From Vulcanimicrobiota bacterium (lineage in GTDB: Bacteria; Vulcanimicrobiota; Xenobia; Xenobiales; QWHO01), in contig JBDHVW010000005.1 in assembly GCA_039809865.1 (NCBI GenBank), positions 10,671 through 74,670 of the forward strand: a DNA stretch of 64,000 nt. The letters run 5' to 3'. Shown here in pieces: positions 28,371 through 37,979 of the stretch. The notes under the pieces were generated by a model. The model saw nothing but the letters and a program-made list of their open reading frames with translations. It had not been told where the DNA came from and ran no database searches. Both the position numbers and the translations under genes were made by a program. Each line of letters begins with the position of its first letter. The stretch's first letter is position 1.

Positions 28371-29408
28371 ATGATTGCTCGAACGTTACTTCTCATGCTT
28401 GCCGTGACCCTGGTCGCCATTGCGGCCGGTCCGGCTTCTCGCAACCCGATTCCCGACCCGGCCTCGCTGATCGAAGCAGACAGCTACTCGATCGCCGTGG
28501 TGATGGCCCGGGCCGACGACGTGCCGATTCAGAACCTGCTCAAGTCGGCTCTGAACGCCATCGCCACCGGCAAGGCCAAGCTGCCCGCGTCGATGGCTCA
28601 GGCCTCCGACTACCTGGCTCAGAACAACCGCGCCGACATGCTGATCGACGGCCTGCCCTTCCAGGGCGTGCGGGTCGACCGGCTGCAGGCGTCGGGCCAG
28701 ACCTCGCCCACCTACGCCTCCACCCTCTCGGGCTGGCGTGGACTGCAGGTGCAGGTCTACAACGGTCTCACCGCGGACTCGGCCGGCAAGCCCTATCCGT
28801 CGACCACCTATCGCCGCAACGACATCGTGACGCTGCCGGCCAACAGTGATCCGACGCTGCCCACGACCGTGTCCAAGGTCAACGGAACGTTCCTTTTCAC
28901 CCCGGACGCCACCGAGACCAAGACCATCATCGACCGCCTGGTGCCGAAAGAGGACGGCAAGTCCGCTCCCAACGCCAGCGGCGCTCTGGCGAGCGCCTGG
29001 GCCAGCCTGGACAAGTCGGCCGACGCTTACGGCGTGGCCATCAACAACAAGGGCGCCTTCAGCACCCTGCTCAAGTCGATGAACAACGAGTACACCGACA
29101 AGGTTCGCCAGACGGTGGGCTCGGATCGCCTCGACAAGGGCGTGGCCGCTACCAAGATGGCGACCTGGACCGTCAACGTGGTCAGCGACGACCGCGCTGA
29201 GGCCGTGGCCATCCTGAAGGTGGACCCGGCGCAGGCGGCGGATGTCGCGGCGATGTTCCAGGAAGGCCAGAAGGGCCTGGACGCCACCAAGATCACCGAC
29301 GCGACCGTCACCCAGAGCGGCGACACCGTGACCATCAAGTTCGCGGTGATCGGTCTTCAGCAGCTGATGCTGGACATGCTCGCCAAGGGCTTCACCGGCG
29401 GCACCTAG
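28371..29408 (+). CDS. secreted hypothetical protein
   Basis: Start chosen at MIARTLLLMLAVTLVAIAAG (signal peptide). Lies immediately downstream of 26080..28311, so probably in the same operon. Confidence 0.6.
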   Translation: MIARTLLLMLAVTLVAIAAGPASRNPIPDPASLIEADSYSIAVVMARADDVPIQNLLKSALNAIATGKAKLPASMAQASDYLAQNNRADMLIDGLPFQGVRVDRLQASGQTSPTYASTLSGWRGLQVQVYNGLTADSAGKPYPSTTYRRNDIVTLPANSDPTLPTTVSKVNGTFLFTPDATETKTIIDRLVPKEDGKSAPNASGALASAWASLDKSADAYGVAINNKGAFSTLLKSMNNEYTDKVRQTVGSDRLDKGVAATKMATWTVNVVSDDRAEAVAILKVDPAQAADVAAMFQEGQKGLDATKITDATVTQSGDTVTIKFAVIGLQQLMLDMLAKGFTGGT

Positions 29409-30520
29409 GGCCGGTTGGCCAGCGACCACTCCCGATAGGCGGCCACGAACGCCGGATCCCGGCGCGCCAGGCTGTCATCATCCACTCTCGAGCTCCTGGT
29501 CATCGCCTCGTAGGCGAAGGGCAGGGGCTCGAGCTCTTTGAGGGAGCGGGCCTGCTCGAACCAGTGCCGGCTGAGCTCGCTGACCGTCTGGTAATGCTCC
29601 ACGTTGGGACGCCGGGCGGCCTCGAAAGCGGGTAGCGCGTCAGCCACGTCCGCGTGCTGGCCGAAAGCCTGCCACAGGGCGATCGAGTCCTCCAGGGCCA
29701 GCTTGGTGCCCGAGCCGATGGAGAAATGGGCCGTGTGCAGCGCGTCGCCGAGCAGAACCTTGTTCTCGAAGTGCCAGTGGCGGTTGCGCACGACCGTGAA
29801 GCGGATCCAGCGGGCATTGTTGACCAGCAGGGGATTTCCGCCCAGGTCGTCGGCGAAGACGCGCTCGAGCAGAGCCCGGCTCTCGGGCTCGGACTGGCCT
29901 TCGAGGGTCTGCCAGGTGGGCAGGTCCACCTCCACGATGAAGGTGCTCAGATCGGCGCTGTACTTGTAGGCGTGGGCCACGTAGAAGCCGTCGCCGTAGG
30001 GGCGGAAGATGAGCGTCAGCCCGCCGAAGGGTTGGGCGGTGCCGTACCAGATGTAGCGGTTGTCAGCCAGCTCCAGGGTGGGCTGGAACTTGTCCGCGAA
30101 GCGCTCGCGCATCAACGAGTTGACGCCGTCGGCGAAGACGACCAGGTCGCCGGTGGGCGGCTCGGTCAGCTCGGACGAGAAGTGCAGCGTGACGCCCAGC
30201 TCCTCGCAGCGCGTCTGGAGCAGGTCCAGCAGGGCGATGCGCGCGATACCGCTGAAGCGATTGCCGGCCACCGAGATCTTCTGGCCGTGCTGCACGATAT
30301 CGACGTCCTCCCAGGTGCGCAGGCGCTCGACCAGGCGGCGATGCGTCTCCGGGTCGGGGTCGGCCAGGTACTTCATGGTGCGGTCACTGAAGACCACTCC
30401 CCAGCCGAACGTGTTGTCGCGGGCGTTGCGCTCGTGCACCACCACCTCGTGGCCGGCCTGGCGCATCAGCACGGCGAAATACAGGCCCGCCGGCCCGCCT
30501 CCCACGATCGCGATCTTCAT
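29405..30520 (-). CDS. FAD-dependent aromatic-ring monooxygenase (group A flavin monooxygenase)
   Basis: About 371 aa from MKIAIVGGGPAGLYFAVLM (GxGxxG). A DG motif (VVFADGVNS) and a C-terminal GDALHTAHFSIGSGTKLALED are present. ATGA overlap with the upstream OYE-like gene. Confidence 0.85.
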   Translation of the reverse strand: MKIAIVGGGPAGLYFAVLMRQAGHEVVVHERNARDNTFGWGVVFSDRTMKYLADPDPETHRRLVERLRTWEDVDIVQHGQKISVAGNRFSGIARIALLDLLQTRCEELGVTLHFSSELTEPPTGDLVVFADGVNSLMRERFADKFQPTLELADNRYIWYGTAQPFGGLTLIFRPYGDGFYVAHAYKYSADLSTFIVEVDLPTWQTLEGQSEPESRALLERVFADDLGGNPLLVNNARWIRFTVVRNRHWHFENKVLLGDALHTAHFSIGSGTKLALEDSIALWQAFGQHADVADALPAFEAARRPNVEHYQTVSELSRHWFEQARSLKELEPLPFAYEAMTRSSRVDDDSLARRDPAFVAAYREWSLANRP

Positions 30521-31962
30521 GATTGCCACCGGGGCGCCACCAGGCGGCGCCGTCCATCTTCGGCCATGGGTACTCCTTCGCCCAGCTCCAGGCGGTCCCA
30601 GAGCTGGCAGGTGACCTGCTTGTGCTTCTGATCGAGGCCCTCGCAGTAGTTGGTGTATTTGCAGCGGCGGATTTCTTCTCCCCGCCCCAGCGCCATCTTG
30701 CGCCACCAGTCCGGATCGGCCAGCGACTGGCGGGCCGCCCCGATGACGTCAGCGGTGCCGTCGGCCAGCAGCTCCTCGGCCTGAGCGAAGCTGCAGATCC
30801 CGCCCGTCACCACCACGGGCACGTCCGAGACGGCGCGCACGGCCTGGCGAATGGGGCGCGCGCTGGCCACGTTGCGCCCGAACGGTCCGCGAGCGTCGCT
30901 GATCACCGTGGGCATGCACTCGTAGCCGCTCGGGCCCGTGTAGGGGTAGACCGCCCAGCCGACGTTCGGCTGCTTGGCGTCTTCGAACTTGCCCCCGCGG
31001 GACAGCGACAAGAAGTCCATGCCGGCGCGGGCGAACTCCACGCCGTAGTAGCAGGCGTCCTCCAGGGAGTAGCCGCCGGCAATGCCCTCGTGGGCCAGGT
31101 AGCGGCAGCCCAGGGTGTAGTCGTCGCCGACGGCGGCGCGCACGGCCCGGTAGACCTCGAGCGGGAGCCGCACGCGGCCCTCGCGCGTTTGCCCGTAGCC
31201 GTCGTCGCGATCGTTGCGACCCGAGAGAAAGCTGGCCATCGTGTAGGCGTGGGCGTAGTGCAGCTCGATCCCGTCGAATCCAGCCGCCCGGGCCCGTTGG
31301 CCCGCCTCGGCGAAGATGGAGGGCAGCGTGCGCGGCAACTCCCGGATATGCTCCTGGTCCAGGTCGGTGACCCGCTCGCGCCAACCCATCCGCAACGACT
31401 CCAGCTCGCGCTCGTCGAGCACGTCCTCGAGCGCGGCGTCGGGCAACGCGGCGAGCTCGCGGCGCAGCTCCTCGTCGGAGAGCCCGGGGAAACGGGCGCG
31501 GTGCCGGTCGGTCAGCGCCAGGAAGCGAGCAAAGTATTTCGCCGGCTCGGGGCGGCGCCGGATGGACAGAAAATCGATCAGCTGGATGTAGAGCCGCGTA
31601 TGACCCTCGCTGGCCTCGCGCACGGCCTGGACCAGGCGGGTGAGGCCTTCCACGAAGCGGTCGGCGCCGATGCGCAGCAGTGGACCACTGGGGATGTCGC
31701 GCACGCCCGTGGCCTCGACCACGATGGCGCCGGGACGCCCCTGGGCGAAACGGGCGTACCAGTCGAGCACGTCCTGGGTGACGAAGCCGTCCTCGGTCGC
31801 GCGCCAGGGCACCATGGCGGGCACCCAGGTGCGCTGCTCCAGCCCCAGACTCTCCAGAGGCTGAAACAAACGCGCATCCGCGGCATGGGTCGCCGAGGGC
31901 CAGACGCCCTCGGGCTTGTCATGCTTGATTCGCTCAGGCGGGGTCCACACCAGGTTGGTCAC
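30517..31962 (-). CDS. NADH:flavin oxidoreductase, Old Yellow Enzyme family (TIM barrel)
   Basis: 481 aa with an OYE N-terminal pattern (LFQPLESLGL...VPAMVPW...), an active-site region HYAHAYTMASFLSG (the OYE HxxH-Y region) and a C-terminal VVVTGGI motif. Confidence 0.85.
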   Translation of the reverse strand: MTNLVWTPPERIKHDKPEGVWPSATHAADARLFQPLESLGLEQRTWVPAMVPWRATEDGFVTQDVLDWYARFAQGRPGAIVVEATGVRDIPSGPLLRIGADRFVEGLTRLVQAVREASEGHTRLYIQLIDFLSIRRRPEPAKYFARFLALTDRHRARFPGLSDEELRRELAALPDAALEDVLDERELESLRMGWRERVTDLDQEHIRELPRTLPSIFAEAGQRARAAGFDGIELHYAHAYTMASFLSGRNDRDDGYGQTREGRVRLPLEVYRAVRAAVGDDYTLGCRYLAHEGIAGGYSLEDACYYGVEFARAGMDFLSLSRGGKFEDAKQPNVGWAVYPYTGPSGYECMPTVISDARGPFGRNVASARPIRQAVRAVSDVPVVVTGGICSFAQAEELLADGTADVIGAARQSLADPDWWRKMALGRGEEIRRCKYTNYCEGLDQKHKQVTCQLWDRLELGEGVPMAEDGRRRLVAPRWQS

Positions 31963-33106
31963 TCCTCAAAAGCTCTTTGGCCAGGATCAGGTGCTGGATC
32001 TCGGTCGTCCCCTCGTAGATCCGCAGGCTGCGCACGGCGCGGTAGAGCTGCTCGACGGGATGGTCGGCCAGCATCGCGACCCCGCCGCAAACCTGCATCG
32101 CCTGGTCGATGATCTGCTGCGCGGTCTCGGTGGCGAAGGCCTTGGCCATGGCGACCTCGCTCGTGACCCGCTCGCGGCCCTGGTCGCGCATCCAGGCGGC
32201 GCGAAAGGTCAGCAGTCGCGCGGCATCCAGCCCGATCGCCATCTGGGCCAGCTTGGACTGGATCAGCTGGAACTCGGCCAGGGGCTTGCCGAACTGCTGG
32301 CGCTGCAGCGCGTGCCGACGGGCCTCGTGCAGAGCACGCATGGCCATGCCGCAGGCGGCCGCGGCCACCGAGACGCGCAACGCGTCCAGAGTGCGCATAC
32401 CGAGCTTGAAACCCTGGCGGCACACCAGCTCGGCCGGACACGACGTGAACCCGATCCGCCCCAGAGGGTGCGGCGCGCTCATCACCTGGGGTCCCAGAAA
32501 CGCCAGCCCGGGCGCGTCCTTCTCCACCAGGAAGGCCCCGATGCCGCGGCTTGCCTGGGAAGCGTCGGTCTGCGCGAACACCACGTAAAAGTCGGCGATG
32601 CCGGCGTTGGAAATGAACGTCTTCTCACCCTCGAGCCGCCAGACGCCGTCGGAATGGTGCGCCGTGGTGCGCATGGAAGCCACGTCCGAGCCGGCTTCGG
32701 GCTCGGTCATGGCGAAAGCGGCCATGGCCTCACCCCGGGCCACCGCGGGCAGCCAGCGCTCTTGCTGCGAGGCCGAGCCTTCCAGCGAGAGGGGCGTCGA
32801 GCCCAGGCCCTGCAAGGCAAAAACAGCGTCGGCCAGGGGCGAGGTGAAACCGAGATTCTCGCGCACCAGGCACAGCCCGCGCGCGTCCTGGGGCATCTCG
32901 GCGCTGCAGAACTGGCGCGGAATCGCCGTGCCCAGCCAACCGTGGTGGCCCAGCTTGCTCAGGATCGAACGGGCCTCCAGCCGGGCCGCCGCATCGCTTT
33001 CGGGATGGGCTCCGGCCAGTTGCTCGGCGCAGAAGGCGCCAAAGCGCGCCGAAGCCTCCCGGTGGGCAGGCGTCAGGAAGACCTCGACCGCCCCGGTGTC
33101 GATCAC
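31934..33106 (-). CDS. acyl-CoA dehydrogenase
   Basis: About 390 aa from a GTG start overlapping the hydratase stop (GTGA). ACAD motifs are present (AFAMTEPEAGSDVASM..., YEGTTEIQHLILAKEL). The N-terminal 164 aa of the 6-frame ORF is out-of-frame junk over the hydratase gene. Confidence 0.8.
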   Translation of the reverse strand: MIDTGAVEVFLTPAHREASARFGAFCAEQLAGAHPESDAAARLEARSILSKLGHHGWLGTAIPRQFCSAEMPQDARGLCLVRENLGFTSPLADAVFALQGLGSTPLSLEGSASQQERWLPAVARGEAMAAFAMTEPEAGSDVASMRTTAHHSDGVWRLEGEKTFISNAGIADFYVVFAQTDASQASRGIGAFLVEKDAPGLAFLGPQVMSAPHPLGRIGFTSCPAELVCRQGFKLGMRTLDALRVSVAAAACGMAMRALHEARRHALQRQQFGKPLAEFQLIQSKLAQMAIGLDAARLLTFRAAWMRDQGRERVTSEVAMAKAFATETAQQIIDQAMQVCGGVAMLADHPVEQLYRAVRSLRIYEGTTEIQHLILAKELLRSDQPGVDPA

Positions 33107-33894
33107 TTGAAAGCCGGGGTCCGCTTGGCGGTGAACGCCTCGTAGGCTTCCCGGAAGTCCGGGTGTTGCATGCAGGCGGCCTGGATCTCGCACTCGGCGG
33201 CCATGGCGGACCGCACGTCCATATTGGCCTCGCGGTAGAGCATCTTCTTGGTGATCTCCAGCCCGAAGGACGGGCCGGCCGCCAGCTTGCGCGCCAGCGC
33301 GGTGGCCGCGTTCAGCGTCTGGTCGGCCTTGACGACCTGGTTGTAGAGACCGATGTGGACGGCTTCCTGGGCGCTGGTGAAATCGCCCGTCATCAGCATG
33401 GCGTTGGCCCGGCCCAGCCCCACGATGCGGGGGAGCAGCCAGCTGGCGCCCATATCGGCCCCGGAGAGCCCGACCTTGGTAAACAGGAAGGCGATCTTGG
33501 CCGTCTCGGCCGCGATGCGGAAATCGCAGGCCAGGGCCATCACCGCTCCGGCGCCGGCCACGGTGCCGTTCAGGGCCCCGATGATGGGCCGGCGGCACTC
33601 GATCATCGAGAGGATCAGGTCGCCGGTGCTGCGGGTGAAATCGAGCAGGCCCTGATAGTCGCGCTCGAACAGCGCGCCGATGATGTCCTCCACGTCGCCC
33701 CCGGAGCAGAACGCCCGCCCGGCCCCGGTGAGCACGATGGCGCGCACGCCCGGCTCGGTGTCGAGCGCCAGGAAGACCTCCTTCAGCTCGCGGTAGACGT
33801 CGAAGGTGAGCGCGTTCAGGCGATCGGGCCGATTGAGGGTGATGGTGGCGATCCCGTCGACGTGTTGGTAGAGAAAATTCTCGGGAGTTTTCAC
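33103..33894 (-). CDS. enoyl-CoA hydratase/isomerase (crotonase family)
   Basis: 263 aa with crotonase-fold signatures (ITLNRPDRLNAL; FCSGGDV; GALNGTVAGAGAVMALACDFRIA). Confidence 0.85.
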   Translation of the reverse strand: MKTPENFLYQHVDGIATITLNRPDRLNALTFDVYRELKEVFLALDTEPGVRAIVLTGAGRAFCSGGDVEDIIGALFERDYQGLLDFTRSTGDLILSMIECRRPIIGALNGTVAGAGAVMALACDFRIAAETAKIAFLFTKVGLSGADMGASWLLPRIVGLGRANAMLMTGDFTSAQEAVHIGLYNQVVKADQTLNAATALARKLAAGPSFGLEITKKMLYREANMDVRSAMAAECEIQAACMQHPDFREAYEAFTAKRTPAFK

Positions 33895-34286
33895 AGCACG
33901 GCGGTCCCTTCGATCTCCACGCGGGCTTCGGGCTCGAGCAGCGAAACGACCTCGAGCAGAGCCATCGTGGGATAATGGCGGCCCATCCGGGCCCGATAGG
34001 CTTCCCCCACCCTCTTGGTGGCGGCGTTGTACTCCGCCTTGTCGACCACGTAAAGCGTCAACCGGGCCAGATTCTCGGGCCCGCCCCCGGCCGCCTTGAC
34101 CACCTCGAGCACGTTCTCGAGCGCTTTGTCGAATTGCTCGGCGAAATCGCGGCTGACGAAGTGGCCGTCCCTGTCCCAGCCGACCTGCCCGGCGATGAAG
34201 AGCAGTCGCCCCCCCGGCTCGGCCAGCAAGCCGTTCGAGTAACCGCGCGGTTTGGCCAGCGTGTCCGGGTTCAGGGGAGTCAGCAT
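33891..34286 (-). CDS. RidA family protein (YjgF/TdcF-like enamine/imine deaminase)
   Basis: About 131 aa from MLTPLNP. Typical RidA pattern (SNGLLAEPGGRLLFIAGQVG..., C-terminal PTMALLEVVSLLEPEARVEIEGTAVL). ATGA overlap with the hydratase gene. Confidence 0.8.
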   Translation of the reverse strand: MLTPLNPDTLAKPRGYSNGLLAEPGGRLLFIAGQVGWDRDGHFVSRDFAEQFDKALENVLEVVKAAGGGPENLARLTLYVVDKAEYNAATKRVGEAYRARMGRHYPTMALLEVVSLLEPEARVEIEGTAVL

Positions 34287-34321
34287 GGGCGCGGGTTTGG
34301 CGCGCGGCGGGCGGGATCCTG

Positions 34322-34723
34322 CTATTTCAGGGTGGAGAGGTGGCGCGAGGCCAGTTTCCACTCTCCGTTCATTTTCACCCAGACGTGGGTGAACCGGCGC
34401 CCGGCCTCTCCGCCTCCGCCGGAAATCTGCCAGGTGCCCGTCACGATGGCGGTGTCACCGTTGTAGAGCCGCACCTCGACCTCGGAGGCCAGGATCTGGT
34501 CGATGTCCACCTGTTTGCCGTCCAGGTTATAGGAGCCGGCCATCTTGTGCTGTTTTCCGTCGCCCCAGATGCCCACGAAGTCGGGCGCCAGCAGAGCGTG
34601 GAGCGCGGTCTGGTCGGCCGCGATGATGGCCTGGCGAAACGTCTTCTCGCGCTCGAGAATGACCGGCTCCTGAGCCGAGACGCCCAGGGACAGAAGGAAG
34701 ATGAGAATCAGCGCGCGCGCCAT
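34322..34723 (-). CDS. secreted NTF2-like (DUF4440/SnoaL-like) protein
   Basis: 133 aa with a signal peptide (MARALILIFLLSLGVSAQE) and an NTF2-fold-like pattern ending ...FTHVWVKMNGEWKLASRHLS. Confidence 0.6.
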   Translation of the reverse strand: MARALILIFLLSLGVSAQEPVILEREKTFRQAIIAADQTALHALLAPDFVGIWGDGKQHKMAGSYNLDGKQVDIDQILASEVEVRLYNGDTAIVTGTWQISGGGGEAGRRFTHVWVKMNGEWKLASRHLSTLK

Positions 34724-35763
34724 GAAGCCTGCACCTTTCGCAAGATGGCCCGGCGCTTCTCCACCGGGGGATGGGTCTGTCCGCCCTGCAGGGCCGCGTC
34801 GCCGAAGCGCTGCACGCCGTATTTCTCGAGCTTGCCCAGCGCCTTGTCCAGTCCGTCGGGGTCGTAGCCGGCTCTGGCGGTCAGCTCGAGCCCTTTCAGG
34901 TCGGCATCGATCTCGTCGGCGTGATTGTATTCGCGCTCATGGTCCTGCTGGTAGCCGACGCTCTTGAGGCGGGCCTTGGCCGAGTCGACTCGCCGCCGCA
35001 CCGCGATCATCCGGTCTTTGTAGCGATCGGCGGCGTAGGGGTCACCGGCCTCCCGCTGATATTCGGCGTAGTACTTGTCGGCCAGCCGCTGGGCGTCTTC
35101 CAGCTCCTTGAGCGCCAGGTCGACCTGGTGGTCCTGGTCCGACTCGCGGAGAGTATGGCGCTCGGTGCCGTGGCAGATCTCATGGGCCAGCACTCCGGCC
35201 AGCTCGTCGTCCGTCAGGCCCAGCGCCAGCAGCGGCTCGGTCACGAACACGAATCCCTCGCCGATGGTAAAGGCGTTCGGCTCGTCGGCCTCCACCAGGT
35301 AGAAGTTCCAGGGGATGTTGCGCCCCGAGGCTTTGGCCAGCTTCTCGCCGATGCGCTTCACGCGGGCCGCGCTCTTGGTGTCGCGCGACTCGGGAAACAT
35401 GCGGAGAGCTTTGGCCAGGCTCCGCTCGGCGATGCGATACTCGTTGCTGGCCACGGGAGCGCCTGAAGCCGAGCTCGCCTGGCCGGCCGGATGCCGCAGG
35501 AAGGCGATGGAATCGCCCACGCGCGCATCGTAGACGCCGCGCAACGTGATGACGGCGCCCCCGGGAGTGACGCGGAGCACGGTGGCCTCGCCCAGCTTCT
35601 GAGCGCCCCGCGACACGGCCACGATATCCCCGGGGGCCAACGTGCCCGCGCACTGGACCCGGAAAACCCCGATGCCCGAGCGCTCCGGCGCAGTCACGCT
35701 GCCGGTCTGGGGGGAGGCCAACAGGCCGAACGAAATCCAGAGGCCCAGAATCAATCGCTTCAT
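34708..35763 (-). CDS. M48 family zinc metallopeptidase (secreted)
   Basis: About 351 aa from MKRLILGLWISFGLLASP. HEICHGTERH is an HExxH motif; an N-terminal beta-rich domain is followed by the peptidase domain. Confidence 0.8.
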   Translation of the reverse strand: MKRLILGLWISFGLLASPQTGSVTAPERSGIGVFRVQCAGTLAPGDIVAVSRGAQKLGEATVLRVTPGGAVITLRGVYDARVGDSIAFLRHPAGQASSASGAPVASNEYRIAERSLAKALRMFPESRDTKSAARVKRIGEKLAKASGRNIPWNFYLVEADEPNAFTIGEGFVFVTEPLLALGLTDDELAGVLAHEICHGTERHTLRESDQDHQVDLALKELEDAQRLADKYYAEYQREAGDPYAADRYKDRMIAVRRRVDSAKARLKSVGYQQDHEREYNHADEIDADLKGLELTARAGYDPDGLDKALGKLEKYGVQRFGDAALQGGQTHPPVEKRRAILRKVQASWRAR

Positions 35764-35836
35764 GAGAGCCAATTCTATTCGAGGCCGCCGGCCCCCCGCG
35801 TGCAAGATATTCAATCACGACCCCGAATCCCGACGG

Positions 35837-37954
35837 GTGGAGCTCATCGGCCTCGCCCCTTCCCGGCTGACCTTGCTGCGTTGCGAGTCGGCCCGGCTGC
35901 CGTTCCGGCCCACCCTGGTATTGACGCCGCGCGAGCTCGAGAAACTGGGCCGGCTGCTTCAGGAAGCCGCCGGGCAGTCCGCCGAGGTTTGCCTGGGGGC
36001 GCTGCCGGCCCGTCCGATGCGGCTCGAGGTCTGGTCCCGCCCTCCCCAGGTGGCCCTGGTTTTCTCGCAGCGCAACTGGCGCTTCGAGACCCCGGTCGGG
36101 TCGACCCTGGCCGCGGCGGCTCTCGAAGCTTCGGCCCGAGCGGCCGCAGAGCCCGTGGCCCCCTATCTCGCCGAGGTGGTCTCTCCCGAGGCCTGGTTCG
36201 TGCCCGGCCTGCCGGGCCCCGTGCCCAACCACGCTCTGTGCGCCTGTTTCGGGCCTTATGACGAGCCGCTTTCCCTCCCCGAGCTCGAGGCGGGCGAGCT
36301 GGCCTGGATCTGGCGCGGCCCCGACGACACGATCATGCGCATCGACCTGCGCGATCCGGCCCTGCCCGAGCTGCCGCCCGAGCCGCGACCCCTGCTGCAG
36401 CAAGACTACGCCGGCGTGCTCAAGCTGCTGGGACACGATACCGCGGGAACCTTGCTGCGCGCGCACTGCCTGGCCCGTCTGGGCGGGCCGGCCGACGAGC
36501 TGGACGCGGCCATGACCCGGCTCGTCAGCGAGCTCCACAATGCCCCTCCCAAGCTGTTGCGGATGGTGCTGGCCAACTGGCGCCAGGACCTGCTGCCGGG
36601 CGATTCCCTGGCCGCGTGGGAGGCTGCCTGCCAGCACTATGGCCGTCCGGTGGTGCCCGCCCACCTTTCGTTTCCACCCTTTCAGGAGAATGCTCCCGAG
36701 CCCGCGATCGTGCCTCGCCTGGAGGCCACCGGCCAGTGGCTGGACGACCGCTTCCTGTCCGCCCGGCGCTGGAGCGCTCTGCGCTCGGGTTATCTCAAGT
36801 TGTTGATGACCGTGCTGAAATACGGCGTGCTGGACCGCTTCTTGCTGGGGAAGAGCTTTCTGGGTCTGCTGCTGGTGGCCCACGGTCAGGGGCGCTCCGA
36901 GCAGGCCGGGCACCTGCTGGCCGGCCGCATCGCGGACCCGAGCCTGAAGCGCGCCCTGGACGTGGGCCGGGGCGCTTTGCGGGAGGGTCTTCTGCCCGAG
37001 GCCGACCAGTCGCTCTTCGACTTCCTGCGAGCCCGGTCAGGTCCCCTGGAGGGCTTTCCGCCCCCCGGCCCCTGGGAGCGCACTCCGACCTCCCTGGGTC
37101 CCATCCCGCTGAGCCACATGCCCCTGCCGAGCCTGGCCCCGCGCGCAGGCACGCCGCGAGGCGAGCTCGTCCACGGCCGCGAGCCGGTGGACGCCCTGGC
37201 CCTCGCGAGCTTCCTGGTCACCCGCAGTCGGGAGCGGATCTGTCTGTGGGACGCCCGGACGGGCGCGCGTCTGGGAGCGCTCGAGGGCGAGCGTCGCCTC
37301 CTGGGCCTGTCGGGCGACTATCTCTGGACCGCACGCACCGGGGAGATCGAGATCTGGCGCTGTCCCTCGCTGGTGAGCGAGCCGCCCCTCCAGTCTCTCG
37401 ACGCGCGCTGTCTCTCCGGCGACGGCTCCTGGATGGCCGGGATCTCCGACGGCAAGGTGGCCCTGCTCGACCTGGCCAGTCTCACCCTGCAGACTCTGGC
37501 TCACGCCAACCCTCACTCGCTGCTGGCGCTGAGCCACGACGGAGGTCTGCTGGCCGAGGCCGGCCCGGAGCAGCTGCACGTCTGGCACGTGGCCAGCGGC
37601 CGGCTGACCTTCGAGGCGCGCCTGGCAGCGACCGCCCTGCGTTTTCGCGGTCCGGTGCTGGTCTGTGGCGGCGCGGACGGGCGCGCCCTGCGCCTGGACT
37701 TCCGCCAGGGGGAGGAGGCCCACGCGGCCCTGGCGTTCACCCCTCTCCACTGCGTGGACAGCAGTCCTGACGGCCAGTTCCTGGCCGGTGGCCACGAGCG
37801 TGGCGTCGCGCTGGCCGACGTGATCCTGGGCGACACCTGCGCCCGTCTCGATTGCGAGCCCGCGAGCCTCGAGCTGGCCAGCCCGGACGCGCTCTGGGTA
37901 GGCCTGCGCGACGGCCGCGTGCGCCTCTACGACCTGGACCAGCCCTTTTACTGA
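35837..37954 (+). CDS. hypothetical protein with C-terminal WD40-like beta-propeller repeats
   Basis: The 770-aa 6-frame ORF would overlap the M48 gene start, so the start is placed at an internal GTG (uncertain). The C-terminal ~250 aa hold repeated ...DG..L..G..DG.V.LWD-type blades. Confidence 0.55.
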   Translation: MELIGLAPSRLTLLRCESARLPFRPTLVLTPRELEKLGRLLQEAAGQSAEVCLGALPARPMRLEVWSRPPQVALVFSQRNWRFETPVGSTLAAAALEASARAAAEPVAPYLAEVVSPEAWFVPGLPGPVPNHALCACFGPYDEPLSLPELEAGELAWIWRGPDDTIMRIDLRDPALPELPPEPRPLLQQDYAGVLKLLGHDTAGTLLRAHCLARLGGPADELDAAMTRLVSELHNAPPKLLRMVLANWRQDLLPGDSLAAWEAACQHYGRPVVPAHLSFPPFQENAPEPAIVPRLEATGQWLDDRFLSARRWSALRSGYLKLLMTVLKYGVLDRFLLGKSFLGLLLVAHGQGRSEQAGHLLAGRIADPSLKRALDVGRGALREGLLPEADQSLFDFLRARSGPLEGFPPPGPWERTPTSLGPIPLSHMPLPSLAPRAGTPRGELVHGREPVDALALASFLVTRSRERICLWDARTGARLGALEGERRLLGLSGDYLWTARTGEIEIWRCPSLVSEPPLQSLDARCLSGDGSWMAGISDGKVALLDLASLTLQTLAHANPHSLLALSHDGGLLAEAGPEQLHVWHVASGRLTFEARLAATALRFRGPVLVCGGADGRALRLDFRQGEEAHAALAFTPLHCVDSSPDGQFLAGGHERGVALADVILGDTCARLDCEPASLELASPDALWVGLRDGRVRLYDLDQPFY

Positions 37955-37979
37955 ACCGGGTTTCCCCGGCCCACTCGCA

